DNA of 64,000 nt, from the NCBI RefSeq assembly GCF_004309355.1, contig NZ_BJCC01000038.1:1-64000 (forward strand), given 5' to 3'. Origin of the DNA: Enterococcus florum (lineage in GTDB: Bacteria > Bacillota > Bacilli > Lactobacillales > Enterococcaceae). Position numbers and translations under genes: made by a program. The notes below the pieces were generated by a model. The model had not been told where the DNA came from. It made no database searches and was given only the letters and a program-made list of their open reading frames with translations. Shown in pieces: positions 51,090 through 62,741 of this stretch (position 1 is the first letter of the stretch; each line of letters opens with the position of its first letter).

Positions 51090-54000
51090 ATGAATTTAAT
51101 AGAAGCAATCAAGCAAACACCACTGGTCAAGCAGTGGCATGAACAATTAGATCAAAACGCTAAAAGACAGCTGGTGACTGGGTTGTCTGGGACTGCGAAG
51201 GCTCTAGTAATGGCTGGAGCCGGCTACGACCAAAATCGGCAGATCGGGATCGTCGTTCCCAACCTGTATTACAGCAATCAGTTGGCGGATGAACTGCGGC
51301 AGTTGACCGAGGATGTCTACTTGTTTCCTGTGGATGAGGTTCTCTCTGTGGAGTTGGCTTTTGCTTCTCCTGAAGCACGGGCGGAACGGGTGGCAACTTT
51401 ATCTGCTCTAAGTCAAGGAAAGTCAGGAATCTACATTTTCCCGTCGGCCGCATTACGGAAATTTTTGCCGACACCTGCGACTTGGCAAAACCAGCAGCTG
51501 CATTGGGAGATCGGCAGTGAAGTTGAGCTGGAAAATCTTGCGCAGCAGTTGGTGCTGATGGGCTATGAGCGTCAGTCGATGGTCGGAAAGCCTGGTGAAT
51601 TCAGCCTGCGGGGAAGCATCATCGACATCTATCCGTTGACCACCGAGTACCCGGTGCGAGTTGAATTATTCGATGTTGAAGTGGACTCGATCCGCTTTTT
51701 TGAGGCGGATACGCAACGCTCTGTGGAAAACGTAGAGGAAGTCTGGATCAGCCCCACAACAGAGTTGGTCTTTGAGCAGGCAGACCTGGAACATGGGGCG
51801 GACAAGGTCCAGCAGCTTTTACAAAATCGTTTGGCGGTCGCTAAGGAGAAAGCGGACAAGGATTTTTTAAATGATTATTACGGTCAACTAATCGCTTCTT
51901 GGAAGGATGGGATTCCTTCTGAGGAGGCGCGTTATTATGCTGATTTGCTTTATCGTCAAGAGACTTCGATCTTGGATTATCTGAAAAAAGAGGCCTGGCT
52001 GTTTGTCGATGATTACGCCCGTATCATGGAGACCAATCGGGAGATGGAGCGGGAAGAGGCCGAGTGGCACACGCAAAAATTAGAAGAGCTGAGGGTATTT
52101 TCTGAACAGCGTTTCGGTATGAATTTGCTGGAGCTGCTTAAGAATGCCTCGTTCGTTACCACCTTCTTTTCTCTTTTCCAAAAAGGGATGGGCAATCTGC
52201 GCTTTGAAGCGATCCATAATTTTCAATACCGTTCGATGCAGCAGTTTTTTGGACAAATGCCGCTACTAAAAACAGAAGTCGACCGTTGGCGCAAACAGCA
52301 GCAGACGGTGATTTTTGTGGTTTCTGCACCAGATCGAGTAGGGAAATTGACACAGGAATTTCGAGACGTGGACATCAAAGCGGTGCAGACCCAAGCAGAT
52401 GATCTGTTGTTGGGCGAGGTCCAAATCATCGAGGATCGTTTATCCAGCGGATTTGAATTGCCGCAGGACAAGCTGGTCGTGGTGACAGAGAGAGAAATCT
52501 TTCAAAAAATCACCAAAAAGAGAGCGCGTCGCCAAACCATCTCTAACGCCGAGCGGTTAAAAAGCTACAATGAGCTGAAGCCGGGGGATTATGTTGTTCA
52601 CGCAAACCACGGGATCGGGAAATACGTGGGCATGGAAACAATCGAGATCGATGGGGTCCATCAGGATTACATGACGATCATTTATCAAAAGGAAGACAAG
52701 CTGTTCATTCCGGTTACTCAGCTGAACCTGATCCAAAAATATGTTTCGTCAGAAGCCAAGCCTCCTAAAATCAACAAACTAGGCGGCAGCGAATGGAACA
52801 AAACCAAACGCAAGGTCTCTCAAAAAATCGAGGACATTGCCGATGATCTGATCGAACTGTATGCCAAGCGGGAAGCGGAGACGGGATACGCCTTTGGCCC
52901 GGATGACGAATACCAAAAGGAATTTGAGAATGCGTTTGCGTATACGGAGACCGATGATCAGCTGCGCAGTGCCTCTGAAATCAAGCACGATATGGAAAAA
53001 ACACGTCCGATGGATCGACTTTTGGTAGGAGACGTTGGTTTCGGAAAAACCGAAGTGGCGCTTCGAGCAGCCTTCAAGGCGATCAAGGAAAACAAACAGG
53101 TGGCCTTTCTAGTCCCGACGACTATTTTGGCCCAGCAGCATTACGATACGATGGTGGAACGTTTTGAGAACTTCCCGGTGAATATTGCCATGCTTAGCCG
53201 TTTCAGAACAAAGAAGCAGCAGCAGGAAACGATTGAACAGCTGAGGACCGGACAGGTAGATATCGTCGTGGGGACTCACCGGCTGTTGTCGCAGGATTTG
53301 ACATTCGCGGATCTAGGTCTGTTGATCGTTGATGAGGAGCAACGCTTCGGTGTCAAACATAAGGAACGGTTGAAACAGCTGCGTTCTCAAGTAGATGTGT
53401 TGACGTTGACAGCAACGCCGATCCCTCGAACGCTGCACATGTCGATGTTGGGGGTTCGTGATTTATCAGTGATCGAAACACCGCCGGAAAACCGCTATCC
53501 AATTCAGACGTATGTGATGGAGACCAATCCAGGTGCGATCCGGGAAGCGATAGAGCGAGAGCTGGCTCGTGGCGGGCAAGTCTTCTACTTGTACAATCGG
53601 GTCGAAACGATTGAGCGAAAAGTCGAGGAACTGCAGATGCTGGTTCCAGATGCGCGAATCGGGTTTGCCCACGGACAGATGACCGAGGTTCAATTGGAAA
53701 ATACTTTGCTGGACTTTATCGAAGGCCAGTACGACATTTTAGTGACTACTACAATCATTGAGACGGGCGTCGATATTCCAAATGTCAATACGTTGTTTGT
53801 TGAGAATGCTGATTACATGGGGTTGTCTACGCTGTATCAATTGCGTGGACGAGTAGGCAGAAGCAATCGGATCGCCTATGCCTATTTTATGTATGAACCG
53901 CAAAAGATCTTAAATGAGGTCAGTGAAAAACGGCTGCAGGCTATCAAGGATTTCACCGAACTAGGCTCAGGTTTCAAAATCGCCATGCGAGACTTGTCGA

Positions 54001-54602
54001 TTCGTGGGGCCGGAAACCTGTTAGGTGCCCAACAGCATGGATTTATTGATGCGGTCGGCTTTGACATGTATTCACAGATGCTGACAGAAGCCGTGGATCG
54101 CAAGCAAGGTAAAAATACCCAGGTGGAACGAACATCTGTGGAGATCAATCTGGGGATCGATGCTTATATCCCCGGGACCTATATCGAAGATGAACGACAA
54201 AAAATCGAGATCTACAAACGAATCCGCGAACTGGAAAGCCATGAAATGCTGGACGAAGTGGCGGATGATCTGATCGACCGTTTTGGCAATTTCCCAGATG
54301 AAGTCGCAAATCTGCTGAATGTCGGCCAAATCAAAATGGACGGAGACCGTGCTTTGGTTGAAAGCATCACCAAAAAAGACCAGCAGCTAGTGATCACCCT
54401 CAGCAAAGTGGGCACGAAAGCCTATCAGGTAGAGCAGCTGTTTGAGGCGCTGAGTGCTACAAAATTGAAAGCGACCTTGGGCGTTGAAAAAGAAAAGATG
54501 GTTATCAAGCTGGTGATCCAAAAAACAATGGAGCAGGACCTTTGGTTAAGAGAGCTAAGTCTGTTCATCAAAGCGTTGCGCGAGCAAAAATACAAAGAGT
54601 AG
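51090..54602 (+). CDS. mfd: Transcription-repair coupling factor
   Basis: 1170 aa with a UvrB-homology module, an RNAP-interaction domain and a helicase (GDVGFGKTEVA, DEEQRFG). Confidence 0.97.
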   Translation: MNLIEAIKQTPLVKQWHEQLDQNAKRQLVTGLSGTAKALVMAGAGYDQNRQIGIVVPNLYYSNQLADELRQLTEDVYLFPVDEVLSVELAFASPEARAERVATLSALSQGKSGIYIFPSAALRKFLPTPATWQNQQLHWEIGSEVELENLAQQLVLMGYERQSMVGKPGEFSLRGSIIDIYPLTTEYPVRVELFDVEVDSIRFFEADTQRSVENVEEVWISPTTELVFEQADLEHGADKVQQLLQNRLAVAKEKADKDFLNDYYGQLIASWKDGIPSEEARYYADLLYRQETSILDYLKKEAWLFVDDYARIMETNREMEREEAEWHTQKLEELRVFSEQRFGMNLLELLKNASFVTTFFSLFQKGMGNLRFEAIHNFQYRSMQQFFGQMPLLKTEVDRWRKQQQTVIFVVSAPDRVGKLTQEFRDVDIKAVQTQADDLLLGEVQIIEDRLSSGFELPQDKLVVVTEREIFQKITKKRARRQTISNAERLKSYNELKPGDYVVHANHGIGKYVGMETIEIDGVHQDYMTIIYQKEDKLFIPVTQLNLIQKYVSSEAKPPKINKLGGSEWNKTKRKVSQKIEDIADDLIELYAKREAETGYAFGPDDEYQKEFENAFAYTETDDQLRSASEIKHDMEKTRPMDRLLVGDVGFGKTEVALRAAFKAIKENKQVAFLVPTTILAQQHYDTMVERFENFPVNIAMLSRFRTKKQQQETIEQLRTGQVDIVVGTHRLLSQDLTFADLGLLIVDEEQRFGVKHKERLKQLRSQVDVLTLTATPIPRTLHMSMLGVRDLSVIETPPENRYPIQTYVMETNPGAIREAIERELARGGQVFYLYNRVETIERKVEELQMLVPDARIGFAHGQMTEVQLENTLLDFIEGQYDILVTTTIIETGVDIPNVNTLFVENADYMGLSTLYQLRGRVGRSNRIAYAYFMYEPQKILNEVSEKRLQAIKDFTELGSGFKIAMRDLSIRGAGNLLGAQQHGFIDAVGFDMYSQMLTEAVDRKQGKNTQVERTSVEINLGIDAYIPGTYIEDERQKIEIYKRIRELESHEMLDEVADDLIDRFGNFPDEVANLLNVGQIKMDGDRALVESITKKDQQLVITLSKVGTKAYQVEQLFEALSATKLKATLGVEKEKMVIKLVIQKTMEQDLWLRELSLFIKALREQKYKE

Positions 54603-54629
54603 GAGCTGAGGGCGCTGGCAAACAAAGAA

Positions 54630-56195
54630 ATGAAAACGATGATGCAAGGCGCCTTCGTCTTGACTGCCGCCTCCTTCATCGCCAAACTCTTGAGTGCAGT
54701 TTATCGGGTCCCTTATCAGAATTTAGCTGGAGACGAAGGATTTTACGTCTATCAACAAATCTATCCGATCTATGGCTTAGCTATGACGCTGGCGCTTTCA
54801 GGACTGCCGCAATTTATCTCCAAGTATGTAGCAGAAAAAAGCGGTCCGAAAAAACAACAACAGGCATTGCAGGCGCTTTTCCCTTTAGTCACAGGCTTAG
54901 GGATCGTTTTATCGCTGTTTTTGTTTAGCACCAGCAACCAATTGGCATTTTTGATGGGCGATCAGCAGCTGGCCCCGTTGATCCGTGTGGTTTCCTTTGC
55001 CTTTTTGATCATGCCTTTTTTATCGTTGATTCGCGGCGAATTTCAAGGCAGGCTCTTGATGATGCCGACGGCGGTTTCTCAGGTGGTGGAGCAGCTGATT
55101 CGTGTCACGGTCATCTTATTAGCAGCTGGGGCATTTCAGCAGTTTGGCTGGAGCGTGTATCAAACAGGGACTGCGGCGATGGCTGGAGCTCTTTTTGGCG
55201 GAGCTGCTGCTTTGCTGGTTTTGCTTTATTATCAACGAAAAATCTTAGGAAGCAAGACGCCGTGGCTGGGAGAAAAAATGCGGCCAGAGCGACAATTGAT
55301 CAGAAGGCTCTTGCTGGAAGGCGGCTTGATGACTGTCTATAGCGGCTATCTGATTTTGTTTCAATTGATCGACTCTTTTACGATCAAAAAGGCTTTGGTA
55401 GACTTCGGCTTGTCCGAACACGGAGCTCGTTTGGCCAAGGGAGTTTATGACCGTGGACAGCCATTGGTCCAGTTAGGGTTAGTGGTGGCTTTGGCATTGA
55501 GCTCCAGCTTTTTACCGATGCTGACGAGGTATCTGAGCAAACAGGAGATGCTGCGGTTTCAACAAGCTTGTCGTGTTTTTCTGCGTTTGACTTGTGGGAT
55601 CGCAGCGGCAGCATCTGTAGGTCTAGCATGGCTGCTGCCGTATGTGAATTATGCATTGTTTACAGATGCGGACGGCAACTTCACTTTGATTTTGTTTGTG
55701 TTTGCGATTTTTTTGATGGCGATGATTCAAACGTATCAAAGTATCGCCCAAAGTCAGAATCGCTTTCGCGGGTCATTGCGAGCAGCCGGTTGGGGATTTC
55801 TGGTCAAAGCTTTGACGACTGGTCTGCTGACCCATTTTTTTGGAACGGCAGGTGCGAGTGCGGCAACATTGCTGGGATTGACGGTTGCTTTACTGGTGCT
55901 TCATCGTCAAAGTGTCGGATTGACCGGCTATTTGCAGCAACGGAGCTTCGGGTATAAGCTGCTGGGTTGCCTTTTGGGGATGTCTGCGGTACTTTTGCTG
56001 TATCATTGCTGCATGTACCTGTTCTTTGGTACAATTGCTCATCGCGGTCAGGCATTGATTTTAGCTGTTATTGGGGTAGGTATTGGCGGAGGGACGTTCC
56101 TGTTTTTAGCCGTCCGCTTGAAATTATTAACGGTGCGGGAGTGGCTGATGCTGCCGCTGGGGAACAAACTATTACGATTAAAATGGAAAAGGTGA
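54630..56195 (+). CDS. MOP-superfamily polysaccharide-biosynthesis/flippase protein (YabM/SpoVB-like)
   Basis: About 14 predicted TM helices. Position after mfd as yabM is in Bacillus. Confidence 0.8.
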   Translation: MKTMMQGAFVLTAASFIAKLLSAVYRVPYQNLAGDEGFYVYQQIYPIYGLAMTLALSGLPQFISKYVAEKSGPKKQQQALQALFPLVTGLGIVLSLFLFSTSNQLAFLMGDQQLAPLIRVVSFAFLIMPFLSLIRGEFQGRLLMMPTAVSQVVEQLIRVTVILLAAGAFQQFGWSVYQTGTAAMAGALFGGAAALLVLLYYQRKILGSKTPWLGEKMRPERQLIRRLLLEGGLMTVYSGYLILFQLIDSFTIKKALVDFGLSEHGARLAKGVYDRGQPLVQLGLVVALALSSSFLPMLTRYLSKQEMLRFQQACRVFLRLTCGIAAAASVGLAWLLPYVNYALFTDADGNFTLILFVFAIFLMAMIQTYQSIAQSQNRFRGSLRAAGWGFLVKALTTGLLTHFFGTAGASAATLLGLTVALLVLHRQSVGLTGYLQQRSFGYKLLGCLLGMSAVLLLYHCCMYLFFGTIAHRGQALILAVIGVGIGGGTFLFLAVRLKLLTVREWLMLPLGNKLLRLKWKR

Positions 56196-56199
56196 GTAT

Positions 56200-56469
56200 A
56201 TGCGTTTAGACAAATATTTGAAAATTTCACGAATCATCAAACGCCGTTCTGTGGCGAAAGAAGTGGCGGATAAAGGCCGAATCCAAGTCAATGGGAAGCT
56301 GGCGAAATCATCGACAGACATCAAGATCGGGGACGTCGTGCGTATTCAATTCGGCAATAAGATTTTAGAGGTCAAGGTACTTGAACTGCATGAATCGACG
56401 AAGAAGGAAGATGCGGCAGGAATGTATGAAACCCTAAGCGAGACCAGAGTTGAAAATAAACTTAATTAA
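56200..56469 (+). CDS. yabO: S4-domain RNA-binding protein (YabO/Hsp15-like)
   Basis: [18 protein letters not shown]4 motif. Confidence 0.85.
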   Translation: MRLDKYLKISRIIKRRSVAKEVADKGRIQVNGKLAKSSTDIKIGDVVRIQFGNKILEVKVLELHESTKKEDAAGMYETLSETRVENKLN

Positions 56470-56542
56470 GTGCGATTCAAATAGACATTGGAAAACAGAA
56501 TTGTTATAATAGATGGGAAACCCGTAGACAGGAGCGATAGGG

Positions 56543-56968
56543 ATGGCAGAGAAGGTAAAGAAGGTTGCTGCAATTGGTACACCTTATGCAAAGGATCAAT
56601 ATAAAAAGTTTCAACAGCAGCAGCGCCAGCTGATCTTCAAACGCCGTCGGCTCGCGGCCATTTTCTTGATTGCTGCTTTTGTGTTTATCGTGATGGGGGT
56701 CCAGCTGTTTGGAGAGTATCAGCGGTTGGGTGAACTCAAAGACATTAAGACAAAAACAGTAGCAGAGTCAGAAAAAGTGGATACTCGGGTGAAAGAGTTG
56801 AAGCAAGATGTTGCAATGCTGCAAAATGACGACTACGCGGCAAAATTAGCGCGCAGCCGCTATTATTATTCAAAAGACGGAGAATTAGTATTTGTGCTGC
56901 CGGATGAGGCAAAGACGGAAAACAATACTTCGACGGATGAACGCATAAAGTCAGAAACTGCCAACTAA
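56543..56968 (+). CDS. divIC: Septum formation initiator family protein (DivIC/FtsB-like)
   Basis: Single TM, a coiled coil, and conserved yabO-divIC-yabR synteny. Confidence 0.8.
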   Translation: MAEKVKKVAAIGTPYAKDQYKKFQQQQRQLIFKRRRLAAIFLIAAFVFIVMGVQLFGEYQRLGELKDIKTKTVAESEKVDTRVKELKQDVAMLQNDDYAAKLARSRYYYSKDGELVFVLPDEAKTENNTSTDERIKSETAN

Positions 56969-57017
56969 GCAGTTCTAATAAATTAGGTAAAATTATTTTA
57001 GGAGGAACAATCTTTTT

Positions 57018-57500
57018 ATGTCAATCGAAGTAGGAGCTAAGCTGCAAGGAAAAGTGTCCGGAATCACCAATTTTGGTGCGTTTATCGATTTAGGGGAAGG
57101 GAAAACAGGCTTAGTCCATATTAGTGAGATTTCCAATGGATTCGTGAAAGACATCCACGATGTGTTAAGTGTTGGAGATGAAGTAACTGTGAAAGTGACT
57201 TCTGTCGGTAATGATGGAAAAGTGGGACTTTCAATTCGCCAAACTCAAGAACAACCTGAACAAGAGAAGAAACCTTTCAATCGTGAAAGACGCGATAATC
57301 GAGACAACCGAGACAGCCGAGATAGCCGTCCAGGTCGCCCTAGTCGTCCGCAGCAGCCAAAAGGCAACTTTTCTAAAAACAATAAACAAGACTTCGATAC
57401 ATTGATGAGTTCTTTTTTAAAGGATAGCGATGATCGTTTATCATCATTGAAACGCAACACGGAAGGAAAACGCGGCGGTCGTGGCGGCCGACGCAATTAA
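57018..57500 (+). CDS. yabR: S1 RNA-binding domain protein (YabR-like) with an Arg/Asp/Asn/Ser-rich C-terminal tail
   Basis: S1 fold (GKVSGITNFGAFIDLG...GLVHISEI) and the tail RERRDNRDNRDSRDSRPGRPSRP. Confidence 0.85.
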   Translation: MSIEVGAKLQGKVSGITNFGAFIDLGEGKTGLVHISEISNGFVKDIHDVLSVGDEVTVKVTSVGNDGKVGLSIRQTQEQPEQEKKPFNRERRDNRDNRDSRDSRPGRPSRPQQPKGNFSKNNKQDFDTLMSSFLKDSDDRLSSLKRNTEGKRGGRGGRRN

Positions 57501-57505
57501 GAAAA

Positions 57506-57543
57506 AAAGCAGCTGAAATCCCATAGGGGGTTTCAGCTTTTTT
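57506..57543 (+). terminator. Rho-independent terminator
   Basis: agcagctgaaa...tttcagct followed by tttttt. Confidence 0.7.
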
Positions 57544-57638
57544 GAAATTCCTTGACAGGTACTCAAACTCTGGTTTCGCAAACGCACTACGATCAAACGG
57601 TCCTAGTAGGCGAAGCCTTTTTTAGATAGGGGAGGCAC

Positions 57639-58973
57639 ATGGAAAGAAAAGTAGAACAAGACAATCCAGAGTTGCGCCAACCGGCAGCATTTTTAGCGGC
57701 TGTATCGGGAGGCGTGGATTCGATGGTGCTTTTAACTCTGTTGGAAAAGCTGAAAAAAAGATGGGGGTTTCAGTTCGCTGTAGCGCATGTGAACCATCGT
57801 TTGCGAGAAGCCTCCGAAGAAGAAGCTGCTTTTTTAAAGGCTTACTGTCAAGACCGGCAGCTGCCATATTTTGAAAAGGTATGGCAAGACCCCATTTCCA
57901 GTGAAGCTGCTGCCCGTCAGTTTCGATATGCTTTTTTTCGGGAGGTCATGCAAAAAGGCTACCCGTGCTTACTGACTGCCCATCATGGAGATGATCAGAT
58001 CGAAACCATGCTGCTGCGCTTCGTTCGCGGCAGCAGCTTGGCTGGGCATGGAGGGATCAAACGGCAGCAGGCCTTCGGGACGGGGACCCTGTTGCGTCCG
58101 CTGCTGTCTTTTTCGAAAGAAGAGATTTATCACTATGCTGAAATCCATACTATTCCTTTTTTCGAGGACGAAAGCAACCAGACGCTGGAGTATACCCGCA
58201 ACCGAATGCGCCATCAGGTCCTTCCGGTATTAAAGCAGGAAAATCCTCGATTGCTGGAGCACGCGGATCATTTTCATCAACAACTGCAATGGGCAGATGA
58301 GTGGATCAGGGAAACACTAAAAGAAAATTTAAAGAATGTTGTTTTTCAGGCTGATGAAGTTCGTTTTGAGCGACAGGATTTGCCAGACTCGAATGCAGGA
58401 CGTTATTATTTTTTGAGCAATTTATTTCAGCAGCAGGACCCGGACAATCAATTGGAGCTTTCTCAGCGTCAGTTGGTTGCCCTCGTTGGATTGCTGGGAT
58501 CAGAGCAGCCGCAGTGGGATTTTGATATAGGTAAAGACTGGCGCTTCGTTCGCCGCTACGAGCAGTTTTCCTTGAATCGAGCGATCGCAAGTGAAGACGA
58601 TTGCCGATTGTTGAACTTGGGCGAGACGGTCCAACTAGGGGATTGGCGACTCCGATTATCGGAATCCTTGGAGTCAAAACCTGCCGCAAGTGGACAACGC
58701 ATCTATCTATCGCAGGAAACAGCACTGCCCTTGACGATACGTCATCGTCAACCAGGGGATCGCATCCGCTTGAACAAACAGTTGACCAAAAAAGTCAATC
58801 GTTATTTTATTGATCAGAAAATTCCTCGAGAGGCACGCGAGGCTGCTTGGCTGGTGGTCGATTCCTCTGGGGAAATCCTCTCGATCTTAAACTTTGTGAA
58901 TTCCTATTTGAGTATTGAGAATGAAACTGATAGAATACACTACGTACTTGATTTTTACCGTTCGTTAGATTGA
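57639..58973 (+). CDS. tilS: tRNA(Ile)-lysidine synthetase
   Basis: PP-loop SGGVDSMVL. Confidence 0.93.
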   Translation: MERKVEQDNPELRQPAAFLAAVSGGVDSMVLLTLLEKLKKRWGFQFAVAHVNHRLREASEEEAAFLKAYCQDRQLPYFEKVWQDPISSEAAARQFRYAFFREVMQKGYPCLLTAHHGDDQIETMLLRFVRGSSLAGHGGIKRQQAFGTGTLLRPLLSFSKEEIYHYAEIHTIPFFEDESNQTLEYTRNRMRHQVLPVLKQENPRLLEHADHFHQQLQWADEWIRETLKENLKNVVFQADEVRFERQDLPDSNAGRYYFLSNLFQQQDPDNQLELSQRQLVALVGLLGSEQPQWDFDIGKDWRFVRRYEQFSLNRAIASEDDCRLLNLGETVQLGDWRLRLSESLESKPAASGQRIYLSQETALPLTIRHRQPGDRIRLNKQLTKKVNRYFIDQKIPREAREAAWLVVDSSGEILSILNFVNSYLSIENETDRIHYVLDFYRSLD

Positions 58974-58985
58974 AAGGAGCGCCTT

Positions 58986-59531
58986 ATGCAAGGGAAAGAC
59001 ATTGAGAAAATTTTGATCTCTAAAGAAGAAATAACACAACGTTGTGTTGAATTAGGGGAAATGTTGACAAAGGACTACAAAGAAAAAAATCCTTTAGTCG
59101 TAGGTATTTTAAAAGGAGCGGTTCCGTTTATGGCGGATATCGTTCGTGAGATTGACACATATATTGAATTAGATTTCATGGATGTCTCCAGCTACGGCAA
59201 CCAAACGGTGTCCTCTGGAGAAGTGAAGATCATCAAAGACCTTGACACCAATGTCGAAGGCCGTGATTTGCTGATCGTGGAAGATATCATTGACAGCGGC
59301 CGTACGTTAGGTTATTTGGTCGATTTATTCAAATATCGTAAAGCGAAGTCTGTCAAGATTGTGACATTATTAGATAAACCAGAAGGTCGTGTGGTAGATA
59401 TTCAAGCAGACTACATTGGATTCAACGTTCCGAACGAGTTCGTTGTCGGTTATGGTCTGGATTATGCAGAGGCGTATCGCAATCTTCCATACGTTGGTGT
59501 ATTGAAACCAGAAGTATATCAATCAAATTAG
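58986..59531 (+). CDS. hpt: Hypoxanthine-guanine phosphoribosyltransferase
   Basis: PRPP-binding [13 protein letters not shown]. Confidence 0.95.
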   Translation: MQGKDIEKILISKEEITQRCVELGEMLTKDYKEKNPLVVGILKGAVPFMADIVREIDTYIELDFMDVSSYGNQTVSSGEVKIIKDLDTNVEGRDLLIVEDIIDSGRTLGYLVDLFKYRKAKSVKIVTLLDKPEGRVVDIQADYIGFNVPNEFVVGYGLDYAEAYRNLPYVGVLKPEVYQSN

Positions 59532-59616
59532 TGACAGGTTCAATTCACATTGTGCTATACTAAAATGGTCAGAATTGATAAAATGTTAAAAAAGTGGCAA
59601 TACGAGGAGGAAACGT

Positions 59617-61674
59617 ATGAACAAAAATAATAAGGGGGCTAAAAACGCTCTCTATTACATCCTCGTCATCTTGGCAATGGTCATGGTTGTCTTTTTCCTT
59701 TTTGGAGACAATCGTTCACAATCGCCGGATATCGAGTATTCCACCTTCACGCAGCAGATGAGGGATGGAAAAATCAAAGAGTTTAGAATCCAGCCTGCCA
59801 GTGGGGTCTACAAGATCACTGGTGAGTATACGGAAAAACAAGAAGTGACCAACACTGGTGGCCTAGGGATCATCGGTTCGACGGAAAGTTCAACGACTCA
59901 CTTCAGCACGATCGTTTTACCCAATGATTCTACCTTAAGTGAAGTAACAGAACTTGCAAAAGAGAACAGCGTCAAGACCGAGGTTCAAGAGGAATCCAGC
60001 AGCGGTATGTGGGTCACATTGCTTGTGAGCTTTTTACCGATCCTGTTGATGGTTTTCTTCTTCTATATGATCATGGGTCAACAAGGCGGCGGCGGTGGCG
60101 GCAACGGTCGTGTGATGAACTTTGGGAAATCCAAAGCCAAAGAGGCCGACAAAAAAGCCAACCGTGTCCGTTTCTCTGATGTAGCTGGTGCGGAAGAAGA
60201 AAAGCAAGAATTAGTCGAGGTCGTCGAATTCTTGAAAGACCCGCGACGCTTTGTTGAGCTTGGTGCACGGATCCCGGCCGGCGTTCTGCTAGAAGGCCCT
60301 CCAGGAACAGGGAAAACCTTGCTTGCAAAAGCAGTAGCCGGAGAAGCAGGCGTACCATTTTATTCGATCTCCGGTTCGGATTTCGTTGAAATGTTCGTCG
60401 GTGTCGGCGCTTCTCGTGTGCGTGACTTGTTTGAAACAGCGAAGAAAAATGCGCCAGCGATTATCTTTATCGATGAAATCGATGCAGTCGGTCGTCAACG
60501 TGGTGCTGGTATGGGCGGCGGACACGATGAACGTGAACAAACTCTGAACCAATTGCTGGTTGAAATGGATGGTTTTGATGGGAACGAAGGCGTGATTGTC
60601 GTTGCTGCAACCAACCGTTCAGATGTATTGGATCCAGCTTTGCTGCGTCCGGGACGTTTTGACCGTCAGATTTTAGTTGGCCGTCCAGATGTCAAAGGAC
60701 GTGAAGCAATCTTGCGTGTGCATGCCCGCAACAAGCCTCTAGCAGATGACGTTGATTTGAAGGTCGTAGCCCAACAAACACCAGGTTTTGCCGGTGCTGA
60801 TTTAGAAAATGTTTTGAATGAAGCAGCCTTGGTTGCCGCTCGTCGAAACAAGAAGAAGATTGATGCCTCTGACGTGGATGAAGCAGAAGATCGCGTGATT
60901 GCTGGACCAGCTAAGAAAGATCGAGTCATCAGCAAACGTGAACGTGAAATGGTCGCTTACCACGAAGCAGGTCATACAATTATTGGTATGGTCTTGAACC
61001 GTGCACGGGTCGTTCATAAAGTAACGATCATCCCTCGCGGACGTGCCGGCGGATACATGATCGCTTTACCAAAAGAAGATCAAATGCTAATGTCTAAAGA
61101 AGACATGTTTGAACAAATCGTTGGTTTACTAGGCGGACGTACTGCTGAAGAGATCGTCTTTGATGCTCAAACAACAGGTGCTTCGAATGACTTTGAGCAA
61201 GCAACTGGCTTGGCGCGCAGCATGGTGACTGAATACGGAATGAGTGATACATTAGGTCCAGTTCAATATGAAGGCAATCATCAAGTCTTCGTTGGACGCG
61301 ACTATGGTCAAACCAAAGCGTATTCTGAACAAGTTGCATTCGAGATCGACCAAGAAGTTCGCAAGATCTTAATGGAAGCTCATGACAAAGCACGTGAAAT
61401 CATCGAAGCTCATCGCGAACAACACAAATTGATTGCTGAAAAATTATTGGAATTCGAAACATTGGATGCCAAAGCGATCAAATCATTGTTCGAAACGGGA
61501 CATATGCCTGAAGGCAAAGACAGTCCTTATCCAAGTGAACGTGCGCAGGCTCAAACCTTCGAGGAAGCGAAACGTGCTCTGGAAGAAAAAGATGCGGAAA
61601 AACAAGCATTGGATGAAAAGAAAGAAAATGATCATTTGGAATCGCCAGACGATACAAGTGATGATCAGCAATAG
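59617..61674 (+). CDS. ftsH: ATP-dependent zinc metalloprotease FtsH
   Basis: AAA+ GPPGTGKT, an SRH motif, and a zinc-binding HEAGH motif. Confidence 0.97.
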   Translation: MNKNNKGAKNALYYILVILAMVMVVFFLFGDNRSQSPDIEYSTFTQQMRDGKIKEFRIQPASGVYKITGEYTEKQEVTNTGGLGIIGSTESSTTHFSTIVLPNDSTLSEVTELAKENSVKTEVQEESSSGMWVTLLVSFLPILLMVFFFYMIMGQQGGGGGGNGRVMNFGKSKAKEADKKANRVRFSDVAGAEEEKQELVEVVEFLKDPRRFVELGARIPAGVLLEGPPGTGKTLLAKAVAGEAGVPFYSISGSDFVEMFVGVGASRVRDLFETAKKNAPAIIFIDEIDAVGRQRGAGMGGGHDEREQTLNQLLVEMDGFDGNEGVIVVAATNRSDVLDPALLRPGRFDRQILVGRPDVKGREAILRVHARNKPLADDVDLKVVAQQTPGFAGADLENVLNEAALVAARRNKKKIDASDVDEAEDRVIAGPAKKDRVISKREREMVAYHEAGHTIIGMVLNRARVVHKVTIIPRGRAGGYMIALPKEDQMLMSKEDMFEQIVGLLGGRTAEEIVFDAQTTGASNDFEQATGLARSMVTEYGMSDTLGPVQYEGNHQVFVGRDYGQTKAYSEQVAFEIDQEVRKILMEAHDKAREIIEAHREQHKLIAEKLLEFETLDAKAIKSLFETGHMPEGKDSPYPSERAQAQTFEEAKRALEEKDAEKQALDEKKENDHLESPDDTSDDQQ

Positions 61675-61679
61675 ACCAA

Positions 61680-61713
61680 AGACAGACGTGCCAATCTTGG
61701 CACGTCTTTTTTG
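61680..61713 (+). terminator. Rho-independent terminator
   Basis: agacgtgcc-aatctt-ggcacgtct followed by ttttt. Confidence 0.8.
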
Positions 61714-61850
61714 TGAATGGATAGGAAGAATTAATAAATTTCTCTTCAAACGAAAAGCAGAAGTTGAAAAAAACGCCTATCCTTAGTATGATGCAATCAC
61801 GAGTAAAAAGAATCGCATCAAAAATCGGCGAGGATGTAAGGAGAAAAAAC

Positions 61851-62741
61851 ATGTCAGATTATTTAGTAAAAGCATTGGCCTATGATGGGTTTGTCCGAGC
61901 TTACGCGGTAGACGCGACAGAAACGATAGCGGAAGCACAGCGACGTCATGATACATGGAATACAGCTTCAGCGGCTTTAGGCCGTACCATGATCGGCGCG
62001 TTAATGCTAGGAGCAACCTTGAAAGGTGAAGATAAATTAACTGTTAAAGTTGACGGGAATGGACCGGCTGGCGGAATCGTCGTTGACAGCAACGGCAAAG
62101 GGGAAGTCAAAGGGTATATCAAAAGTCCTCACCTCAGCCTGCCATTGAATGAGAATGGAAAACTCGATGTGCGCGGAGCAGTTGGGACAGAAGGGATGTT
62201 TACGGTCATCAAGGACCTTGGGTTGAAGGAGCCTTTTTCGGGCCAAACACCGATCGTCTCTGGGGAGATCGGAGAAGATTTCACTTATTATCTTGCTGTA
62301 TCCGAGCAAACCCCTTCCGCGGTTGGCGTTTCTGTTTTGGTGGATACCGATGACAGCATCAAGACTGCTGGGGGCTTTATGATTCAAATGATGCCAGGGG
62401 CAGATGAAACGGTGATTGATCGGATCGAAGCACAATTGAAACAAACAGTCCGAATTTCTGCGTTGCTGGACGAAGGGCAAACACCAGAAGAGATTCTGAA
62501 AGGGCTGTTAGCCACCGATGAAATCGACTTTTTAGAAACGATGCCTGTCACCTTCCACTGTGACTGCTCCAAAGAAAAATTTGGTGCGGCTATCCTGACA
62601 CTGGGTGCCGATGAGATTCAAGCGATGATCGAGGAAGATCATGGTGCTGAAGCAGTCTGTACTTTCTGCAATAATAAATATCAATATAGCGAAGCTGATT
62701 TGAATAAGTTAAAACAGGAAGCACTGGGGGAAGCAAAGTGA
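61851..62741 (+). CDS. hslO: 33-kDa chaperonin Hsp33
   Basis: C-terminal zinc centre CDCS...CTFC. Start is the internal ATG with RBS AAGGAG. Confidence 0.93.
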   Translation: MSDYLVKALAYDGFVRAYAVDATETIAEAQRRHDTWNTASAALGRTMIGALMLGATLKGEDKLTVKVDGNGPAGGIVVDSNGKGEVKGYIKSPHLSLPLNENGKLDVRGAVGTEGMFTVIKDLGLKEPFSGQTPIVSGEIGEDFTYYLAVSEQTPSAVGVSVLVDTDDSIKTAGGFMIQMMPGADETVIDRIEAQLKQTVRISALLDEGQTPEEILKGLLATDEIDFLETMPVTFHCDCSKEKFGAAILTLGADEIQAMIEEDHGAEAVCTFCNNKYQYSEADLNKLKQEALGEAK

